Under the pieces are notes generated by a model, which saw only the letters and a program-made list of their open reading frames with translations, had not been told where the DNA came from and made no database searches. DNA of 64,000 bases. Source: Ignavibacteriota bacterium (GTDB lineage Bacteria; Bacteroidota; Ignavibacteria; Tepidaquicellales; OLB5). Shown in pieces: positions 57,093-64,000 of this stretch. The DNA lies in assembly GCA_003820375.1 (NCBI GenBank), contig RPQH01000011.1:4783-68782 (forward strand), given 5' to 3'. Each line of letters opens with the position of its first letter. Position 1 is the first letter of the stretch. A program made the translations under genes and the position numbers.

Positions 57093-58514
57093 TTGAATAA
57101 CATAACCGGTTTGAAAAATTCATTTCTGAAAAGATATGACTTGTGGATAATTTTTGCGGTGACCTTTGCGGTTTTTGCTTTTCTGAAAATTCACCAATTT
57201 TACTCGTTTACTTCAATTAATGCTGAAGTCATTGACTGGTATGAAACAACGGTCTGGAATTTTCTGCAGGGGAAGTTTTTTATTGCAAATCATAATATAC
57301 CTTTATTCTCTGAACATTTTTCTCCTTTTATAATATTTTTAGTGCCGTTTTATGCTTTGTTCCGTTCACCTTATGTATTTATTGTAATTCATGCTTTGGC
57401 TTGCGCTCTTCCTGTTATCCCGCTTTATCTTTTAGCAGAAAAATATTTTACTTACCGGTTTGCTCCGGTTGCTTTTTGTCTTGCTTATTTTTTTTCAAGG
57501 ATAGTCAATTTAGGATTGATGTTTGACTTCCATATAGAAATATTTTATCCGCTTCTGTTTTTATCTGCTCTTTTGTATATTGAAAAAGTCAGGTGGAATT
57601 TAGTTTATGTATTCTTAATACTGGCTTTAATGATTAAAGAAGATGCCTCAATTGCAGTTATTGCAATTGGTATATACATTTTCTTCAGCAAAGAAAAACA
57701 AAAAGGGATTATAATTTCATTAATTGGTTTGACCTGGCTTCTTCTTACTACTCAGGTGATAATTCCATATTACCGTGCCGGTATATACGGATGGGGTTAC
57801 GGATTTTTAAGTTACTGGTCTGAATATGGAAATACACAAAAAGATATTTTTCTGAATATGTTCAACCCGGTAAAACATATACAGGTTCTTTTCACCGGTG
57901 CGAAGATGCAAAGTACTTTTAACTTTTTTTCCGTTTATCTTTTCCTGCCTTTCTTTGCTCCGCTTGCTTTTTTACTTCTTGTTTTGCCGCAGTGGTTCCT
58001 TTTATATTCTTCCGGCAATACTATGATGTTCAATGTTGTAAATTATTACGGTTATCTTTCATTGCCTTTTTTATTTTATACCTGTATTCTTGGATTTAAG
58101 AATATTGAAAAGAAAGTTCACAAAAAATATTTTATCATATCCATTTTGATATTGCTGGTTATTGTGAATGCCGCTAACTCAAGGTATTACAAATTATTTT
58201 TTCAGGATTCTATGAAGAAAAAAGCCAGGTACGAGGTAGTCGAAAAAATTATTGAAAACATACCGCCTCAATCGAGCATTACCGCACAGGCAAACCTGGT
58301 GGGGCATATACCTCCAGGAGAAAACCGCGTATTCTTTCCGCAGAATATAAATGAATCGGAGTTAATACTTCTGGACCTTGAAGGTGCTAAATGGCCTTTA
58401 TCGGATTCAGATTACAAACAGTGTGTTGATACACTTCTGAATAATATTAATTTCAGGGTAATTGAAAATAATTCATCGTTTCTATACATAGAAAATTTAC
58501 AAGTAAAGAAATAA
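57093..58514 (+). CDS. polytopic membrane protein (DUF2079-like, possible GT-C-type glycosyltransferase)
   Basis: 473 aa with many TM segments and a soluble C-terminal domain. TTG start as in the track, with no nearby in-frame ATG. Confidence 0.6.
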   Translation: MNNITGLKNSFLKRYDLWIIFAVTFAVFAFLKIHQFYSFTSINAEVIDWYETTVWNFLQGKFFIANHNIPLFSEHFSPFIIFLVPFYALFRSPYVFIVIHALACALPVIPLYLLAEKYFTYRFAPVAFCLAYFFSRIVNLGLMFDFHIEIFYPLLFLSALLYIEKVRWNLVYVFLILALMIKEDASIAVIAIGIYIFFSKEKQKGIIISLIGLTWLLLTTQVIIPYYRAGIYGWGYGFLSYWSEYGNTQKDIFLNMFNPVKHIQVLFTGAKMQSTFNFFSVYLFLPFFAPLAFLLLVLPQWFLLYSSGNTMMFNVVNYYGYLSLPFLFYTCILGFKNIEKKVHKKYFIISILILLVIVNAANSRYYKLFFQDSMKKKARYEVVEKIIENIPPQSSITAQANLVGHIPPGENRVFFPQNINESELILLDLEGAKWPLSDSDYKQCVDTLLNNINFRVIENNSSFLYIENLQVKK

Positions 58515-58517
58515 ATT

Positions 58518-58686
58518 GAGTGTGTAGAGTGTGTGGAGTGAGTGGAGTGTGTAGAGTGTGTAGAGTGTGTGGAGTGTGTGGAGTGTGTGGAGTGTGTGGA
58601 GTGTGTGTAGTGTGTAGAATGTGTAGAGTGTGTAGAATGTGTAGAGTGCATTGAGTGTGTAGGTACGTTGAGTGTGTGGAGTTTGT
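58518..58686 (+). repeat. 9-nt tandem array (GAGTGTGTR), about 18 units
   Basis: TAAATTGAGTGTGTAGAGTGTGTGGAGTGAGTGGAGTGTGTAGAGTGTGTAGAGTGTGTGGAGTGTGTGG... Confidence 0.95.
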
Positions 58687-58693
58687 AGTCAGC

Positions 58694-59310
58694 GGTCACT
58701 CAGTGGTCACTCAGCGGGCAGTTTATGGGCACTCAGTGGGCACTTTACGGGCACTTTATGGGCAGGTTTTGGGCAGGAGTTTTTAAAAAATGACTGTAAC
58801 TTATTGCAGTATAAAGAGATAACTCCTGCCCAAAGTGCTAAAAATGGCTCGAAATTTGGCGATTATAAGCAGGAAATGAGGTTTTTGAAAAACCGCTCCT
58901 GCCCACTGATTTTCGGGAAAAAATAAACAAAATAACCGAATCATCGTCGCTATAATTTAAGAGTTAAAGTAATACTTCAAGGGTTTCCCGGCTCGTTTAA
59001 ACTCACGCCCCCTTAATCACTTCGAAGAGGGAACTGCTTACTATATTAATCCTCTAATCTGATAAATTTGATAAATCTGATGAATTTGATAAATTATTCT
59101 ATACATTCGAAACTATTTTTTGCTAAAACTTGACAAGAGGCAATCTCTATATTAATTTTATATAGTAGTGAATGCTGATGCAATTTATTATCCGTTGTCG
59201 TACTTTGCTAATATCGAAATCATGATTATCAGGTCGTAAATTTAATTTATCGGGAGCTTAGCTACAGGGCCGGATATGGGAATAAAAAAGTATTAAAAAT
59301 GAAAATTTTT
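58694..59310 (+). repeat. ORF-free modular element, copy C (diverged)
   Basis: Eight GGKCAS words at exact 11-bp steps (58694 to 58771). Then CTGTAACTTATTGCAGTATAAAGAGATAAC, GAGTTAAAGTAATACTTCAAGG..CCGGCTC, a spacer containing 9-mers, and the promoter module. Confidence 0.8.
59130..59158 (+). promoter_or_regulatory. conserved orphan promoter of element copy C
   Basis: TTGACA (59130-59135), 17 bp ending CTATAT, TAATTT (59153-59158). Confidence 0.7.
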
Positions 59311-59336
59311 CCATTTGTAGGAGTTTTCCTACAAAT

Positions 59337-59440
59337 CAATTAGCAATTTGCAATGAGCAATGGAGAGTTCAGAGAGTTTGGAGAGTTCAGAGAGTTTGGA
59401 GAGTTCAGAGAGTTAAGAGAGTTTAGAGTGTTTGGAGAGT
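59337..59440 (+). repeat. heptamer (CAATNNG) then 9-nt (GAGAGTTYR) tandem arrays
   Basis: CAATTAGCAATTTGCAATGAGCAATGGAGAGTTCAGAGAGTTTGGAGAGTTCAGAGAGTTTGG... Confidence 0.95.
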
Positions 59441-59480
59441 ATATCTTTTTCCCCACTAGTCCTACAGGAATCTTGTGGTA

Positions 59481-59555
59481 TAATCTTTAATCTATAATCT
59501 TTAATCTGTAATCTTTAATCTGTAATCTGTAATCTTTAATCTGTAATCTTTAATT
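59481..59555 (+). repeat. 7-nt tandem array (TAATCTK)
   Basis: TAATCTTTAATCTATAATCTTTAATCTGTAATCTTTAATCTGTAATCTGTAATC... Confidence 0.95.
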
Positions 59556-59620
59556 CATCAATAATCACTTGTTTAAGGTAAAGTTTTTTTAAATACATTT
59601 CGGTATATTTGTTCTTCATT

Positions 59621-61282
59621 ATGGAAAAAAATTATAAGAAAATACTTGTTACTTCGGCACTTACGTATGCCAATGGATATACTCATTTAGGACATATTGC
59701 AGGCTCATTGCTTCCTGCTGATATATATGTACGTTTCCAGAGATTATTGGGACGTGATGTATTATATATTTGCGGCTCCGATGAACATGGTACTGCTATT
59801 GAAATGTCAGCAATAAAAGAAAACATTACGCCTAAAGAGATAATCGATAAATATCATAAGTCAAATAAAAAAGCTTATTATGACCTTGGAATGTCTTTTG
59901 ATATATATTCACGTACATCGACGGATGTTCACAGAGCAACATCACAGGATTTTTTCATGAACCTGTATAATAAGGACCTGTTATATACTAAAACCGAGAA
60001 ACAGCTTTATTCTGAAAAAGAAAAACGTTTTCTTGCAGACAGGTTTGTAATCGGTACATGCCCTGTATGCGGATTTGAAGAAGCAACCGGCGATGAATGT
60101 GAGAATTGCGGAAGCTCTCTCACTCCTCTTGAATTGAAAAATCCAAGATCAAAAATTACAGGTGATACACCTGTAGTTAAGGAATCCAACCATTTCTATT
60201 TTCCGCTGAGCAAGTACCAGCAATCGCTGGAAACATGGCAGGGAACAAAAAATAACTGGAAACCGAATGTAATAAACTATTGTGCGGGTTGGTTTAAAAA
60301 GGGACTTCAGGACAGAGCCATTACACGCGACCTGGATTGGGGTGTACCCGTTCCTGTTGAAGGTTATGACGAAAAAGTTTTGTATGTGTGGTTTGATGCT
60401 CCCATTGGTTATATATCGGCAACAAAAGAATTGTTCATTGAAAGAAACAATCCTGACGGATGGAAAGATTATTGGTATAATGGAGAGACAAAGCTGGTGC
60501 ATTTCCTGGGAAAAGATAATATCATATTTCATGCAATCTTTTTCCCGGCAATGCTGATGGCACACGGTGATTTTGTTCTGGCAGATAATGTCCCGGCAAA
60601 TGAATTCATGAATCTTGAAGGAAGCAAGCTGTCTAAAAGAAGAGGGAATATAATTTATGTTAAAGATGCAGTTGAAAAAATTAATCCCGATACAATCAGG
60701 TACACAATAGCATCTAACATGCCCGAGAACCGCGACACGGATTTTTACTGGAGCGACCTCCAGGCAAAGAACAATAATGAGCTTGGAGCTATACTGGGCA
60801 ATTTTATAAACAGGACGTTCGTTTTTGCAAATAAATATTTTGATGGAACAATCCCGCCTCAAAATGAATTACAGGATATAGACACAAATATTAAGCTAAG
60901 GCTTAACAGCGGTTTAGAAAAGATTGAAGCAGATTACGAAAATTATAAATTCAAAGATGCTGTCACAGATTCTATGAATATTGTTCGTGATGCCAATAAA
61001 TATTTTAATGATACAGAACCGTGGAAAGCTGTAAAGGAAAATAAAGAAAGATGTGAGACAATAATAAATATATGTCTTCAGCTTGTTCATTCTTTTGCAG
61101 TAATATTTCATCCTGTTTTGCCCTTCAGCACTGAGAAAATCCTTCACATGCTGAATAAAGGGAAAGAGGACCTGAGCTGGGATAAAGCAGGTGATTTTGT
61201 GCTTAAGCCGGGCCACAGGTTAAATCAACCTGAAATACTATTTAATAAAATTGAAGATTCAGAAATTGAAAAACTTTCGTAA
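59621..61282 (+). CDS. metG: methionyl-tRNA synthetase
   Basis: HIGH-region NGYTHLGH. Zn knuckles CPVCG..CENCG. KMSKS-like KLSKRRGN. I prefer the ATG at 59621 (MEKNYKKILVT) over the track TTG at 59609. Confidence 0.95.
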   Translation: MEKNYKKILVTSALTYANGYTHLGHIAGSLLPADIYVRFQRLLGRDVLYICGSDEHGTAIEMSAIKENITPKEIIDKYHKSNKKAYYDLGMSFDIYSRTSTDVHRATSQDFFMNLYNKDLLYTKTEKQLYSEKEKRFLADRFVIGTCPVCGFEEATGDECENCGSSLTPLELKNPRSKITGDTPVVKESNHFYFPLSKYQQSLETWQGTKNNWKPNVINYCAGWFKKGLQDRAITRDLDWGVPVPVEGYDEKVLYVWFDAPIGYISATKELFIERNNPDGWKDYWYNGETKLVHFLGKDNIIFHAIFFPAMLMAHGDFVLADNVPANEFMNLEGSKLSKRRGNIIYVKDAVEKINPDTIRYTIASNMPENRDTDFYWSDLQAKNNNELGAILGNFINRTFVFANKYFDGTIPPQNELQDIDTNIKLRLNSGLEKIEADYENYKFKDAVTDSMNIVRDANKYFNDTEPWKAVKENKERCETIINICLQLVHSFAVIFHPVLPFSTEKILHMLNKGKEDLSWDKAGDFVLKPGHRLNQPEILFNKIEDSEIEKLS

Positions 61283-61301
61283 ACGATATTAAAGAACTAC
61301 T

Positions 61302-62147
61302 ATGAATGATAATTATTCTTATAAATTCGGAAGCTTAGTTTATGATTTAAGCAGCAGAACCCACGTGATGGGAATATTGAATATAACCCCGGATTCATTT
61401 TTTGACGGTGGAAATTTTATGGATACCGGCAAAGCCATTGCACACGGTATTCAAATGGCTGAAGACGGTGCCGACTTTATTGATATCGGCGGTATGTCCA
61501 CACGCCCGGGCTCCGAAGAGATTCCTGTTGAAGAAGAGTTAAACAGGATTATACCTGTTATCAAAACATTAAGAAAAGAAGTTAAAGTACCGTTGTCTGT
61601 AGATACATACCGTTCTGAAGTTGCCGAAGAAGCTATGAAAAACGGCGCATTGATAATAAATGATATAAGTGCATTCACCTATGATGAGAACATGGCACAT
61701 ATTGCGGCAAAGTATAAAGCCACCTGCATTCTGATGCACACTAAAGGTATGCCAAGAACTATGCAGGACAACCCTCAATACGAGAATTTAATGGCTGAGA
61801 TATTAGCATTTCTTGAAAAAGCTGTATGGAAGGCAAATGTTGAAGGAATTGAACAAATGATAATTGACCCGGGTATAGGTTTCGGAAAAACAATTGAGCA
61901 TAATTTGCTTGTCATAAAAAACATATATGAATTGAAACGTCTTGATTGCCCGGTAATGATTGGTGTCTCAAGAAAAAGTACAATAGGTGCCTTAACAGGA
62001 GCCGATGTAAACGACAGGCTTGAAGGAACAATTGCATTAAACACAATTGCATTGCTTAATGGAATAAACATAATCCGTGTTCATGATGCAAAGGAAAATG
62101 TCAGGGCAGCCAAAATAATTGATGCTTATAAGAAGCTATCCCCGTAA
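61302..62147 (+). CDS. folP: dihydropteroate synthase
   Basis: GILNITPDSFFDGG, DIGGMSTRPG, INDISA, DPGIGFGK and RVHD motifs. Confidence 0.95.
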   Translation: MNDNYSYKFGSLVYDLSSRTHVMGILNITPDSFFDGGNFMDTGKAIAHGIQMAEDGADFIDIGGMSTRPGSEEIPVEEELNRIIPVIKTLRKEVKVPLSVDTYRSEVAEEAMKNGALIINDISAFTYDENMAHIAAKYKATCILMHTKGMPRTMQDNPQYENLMAEILAFLEKAVWKANVEGIEQMIIDPGIGFGKTIEHNLLVIKNIYELKRLDCPVMIGVSRKSTIGALTGADVNDRLEGTIALNTIALLNGINIIRVHDAKENVRAAKIIDAYKKLSP

Positions 62148-62342
62148 AATCCGCTAAATTTAGCAATAATACACCTTCTACCGAAAATCGCTACTGGAAA
62201 GTATTGATTTTCCTCCATTTATATATTATTATACCGTATAAGGATTAACCGATTCTCTGATTATAAATCATGTACCTGGTACGTACGTTAGATTTTGCAG
62301 TATCTCTTAATTAACGTATTTAAAAACCTTATACTTACGAAC

Positions 62343-64000
62343 ATGAAAAAACTTTACTTTTTTCTAAGTTCAACAATTCTTCTCGTATTATTATCCTATA
62401 CATCATTATCACAGCCATATGGATGGTTCACACAAAGCAGCAGCACCACGAACAATCTGAATGCTTTATATTTTTCAAATACAACGACAGGTACAGTCGT
62501 AGGTTACGCCGGCACAATTAAAAGGACCACAAACGGCGGAACAAACTGGTATTCACAAAGCAGCGGCACACCCAATCATCTGTTCGGGGTTTATTTTATA
62601 AATGCAAATACAGGGTGGGCTTCGGGTGATGTAGGTGTAATACTTAAAACCACCAATGGTGGTTCAAGCTGGGTTATTCAATACAGCAATACTATTTACC
62701 AGCTTCATTCAATTTCTTTTATTAATTCAAGCACGGGAATGATAGCCGGCTGGTATGGAACGATTGTCAAAACAACCAACGGCGGAAGCTCGTGGCTTGT
62801 ATTAACAAGCGGTATTGTAACAAATCTCCGTGGTATTTCTTTTGTTAATTCTTCAACGGGGTATTCAGTCGGCTGGCTTGGTACAATCATTAAAACATTA
62901 AACGGCGGAGCCAACTGGTATGCTGTTTCAAGCGGTACGGCAAATGAGCTTGAAGATGTGATATTTACAGATGCATATACTGGGTATATAACAGGTGAAG
63001 GAGGGAGGATACAAAAGACGACAAATGGCGGTGCAAACTGGATTGTGCAAAACTCCGGAACGGGCGGCTGGCTGTTGGGAATTACAAATCCTGCGGCAAA
63101 TATGTTCATTACTGCAGGTGAAAACGGTACATTAAGAAAAACTTCCAATGGCGGTTTAAACTGGATTACCCAGTCAAGTGCTTCAGGAATGTGGCTTAAC
63201 AGTATTTCATTCCCGGATACCAATACCGGTTATGCTGCAGGGGATAACGGAGTTATCATTAAAACAACAACGGGAGGATGGCTGCCTCCTCAAACTCCTG
63301 CGTTAAATTCTCCTGCAAATAATGCGACGTGTGTTTCCGTAACGGCAACACTGGACTGGAATGATATTATTCCGCCTGCACCGTTATATACTGTACAGGT
63401 ATCCACACAATCTGGTTTTAATACTATTGTGATTGATAAAGACAGCTTAATGACATCAGCTTATGCTGTACAGTCTGGTGCGTTATCATATAATACTCTT
63501 TATTATTGGCGGGTGAAGGCAAAGAACCAGGTTGCAGAAGGATCGTGGTCAAGTATAAGAAGCTTCACAACTACGTTTCCTTCACCGGCAGCACCGGTTC
63601 TTGTTTCGCCTCCAAACAACTCAACCGGGATAACACTTACTCCAATACTTGACTGGGATAGCATACCTGCAGCATCTTCCTATAGGGTAAGATTATCGGC
63701 AGATTCAACCTTCGGCTCATCTATTATTGATACAAGCGGTGTTGTTATTGCCAGGTATAACGTACCTGCGGGAAAGTTAAGTAATAACATAAAGTATTTC
63801 TGGAGGGTTTATGGTAATAACTCATGTATCACAGGTCCTTCATCACAGGTATGGAATTTCAGAACGTTGATTACCGGTGTAATAGTTGAAAACAATCAAT
63901 TGCCAAAAGAGTTTAAGCTTTATAATAATTATCCTAATCCTTTCAATCCATTAACGCATATCCGCTTCGACGTTCCCTCTTTAGAAGGAGGGGGAGGGAA
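62343..64000 (+). CDS. Ycf48/BNR-like beta-propeller plus Fn3-like repeats, T9SS cargo (partial, runs off the window)
   Basis: Not in the ORF track because no stop is reached. ATG at 62343 (MKKLYFFLSSTILLVLLSYTSLSQ). Six TTNGGxNW repeats. Two repeated ~90-aa modules (LDWNDI.., LDWDSI..). A CTD begins at LYNNYPNPFNP near 63930. Confidence 0.85.
   Translation, partial: MKKLYFFLSSTILLVLLSYTSLSQPYGWFTQSSSTTNNLNALYFSNTTTGTVVGYAGTIKRTTNGGTNWYSQSSGTPNHLFGVYFINANTGWASGDVGVILKTTNGGSSWVIQYSNTIYQLHSISFINSSTGMIAGWYGTIVKTTNGGSSWLVLTSGIVTNLRGISFVNSSTGYSVGWLGTIIKTLNGGANWYAVSSGTANELEDVIFTDAYTGYITGEGGRIQKTTNGGANWIVQNSGTGGWLLGITNPAANMFITAGENGTLRKTSNGGLNWITQSSASGMWLNSISFPDTNTGYAAGDNGVIIKTTTGGWLPPQTPALNSPANNATCVSVTATLDWNDIIPPAPLYTVQVSTQSGFNTIVIDKDSLMTSAYAVQSGALSYNTLYYWRVKAKNQVAEGSWSSIRSFTTTFPSPAAPVLVSPPNNSTGITLTPILDWDSIPAASSYRVRLSADSTFGSSIIDTSGVVIARYNVPAGKLSNNIKYFWRVYGNNSCITGPSSQVWNFRTLITGVIVENNQLPKEFKLYNNYPNPFNPLTHIRFDVPSLEGGGG

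Noticed and set aside
58412-58699. 95-aa minus-strand ORF (HSTHSTHSTHST...)
   Set aside because: It is a translation of the GAGTGTGTR nonamer array and overlaps the 3' end of the DUF2079-like gene.
60149-60862. 237-aa minus-strand ORF inside metG, and similar long antisense ORFs (45237-45668, 48904-49395, 47633-47923, 22490-24556 series, 35338-35640)
   Set aside because: Each is antisense to a gene with strong family motifs. They are low-complexity or Cys/Ser/Phe/Ile-rich, have no motifs and have no plausible ribosome-binding sites.
62307-62335. Partial match to element motifs (GTTAGATTTT fused to TTGCAGTAT) upstream of the last gene
   Set aside because: Only 9-10-nt words match in AT-rich DNA and none of the other modules is present, so chance similarity is plausible.

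Overview
This is an AT-rich chromosomal window, probably from an FCB-group bacterium (Ignavibacteria/Bacteroidota-like). The guess rests on twelve proteins that end in the ..NYPNPFNP..GVYFYKL..KKMxLIK type IX secretion (T9SS) C-terminal sorting domain. Housekeeping genes are recognisable: glgP, rfbA/rfbC, folE plus a PTPS-type pterin synthase, a TrmH-family methyltransferase, plsY, Nfu and Mrp/ApbC Fe-S proteins, metG, folP, an M13 peptidase, a desaturase, an RRM RNA-binding protein, an HD (p)ppGpp-hydrolase-like protein and one tRNA-Arg(CCG). Accessory content includes two tandem arrays of T9SS cargo paralogs (four ~600-aa CARDB-like proteins and four PQQ-type sugar-dehydrogenase-like propellers), three BNR/Asp-box propeller proteins, two OmpA/TolB-like paralogs, a hicAB-like pair and a DnaQ-GIY-YIG fusion. 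I saw no rRNA, CRISPR array, transposase, integrase or prophage. The most interesting signals are non-coding. (1) An ORF-free ~640-bp modular element occurs three times (20193-20830, 40412-41047, 58694-59310). Each copy has GGG-word direct repeats in strict 11/22-bp helical phase, conserved islands, a 17-bp palindrome, and a perfectly conserved TTGACA-17-TAAWTT promoter that drives a conserved segment with no ORF. I cannot assign it to any known family. (2) Degenerate 7-, 9-, 11- and 14-nt tandem arrays, drawn from a small shared vocabulary, fill many intergenic regions and often start at or within a few nt of a stop codon. The ORF track misses one real gene that runs off the 3' end (62343-64000, + strand). 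It also contains several spurious ORFs that are antisense to real genes or are translations of repeats.
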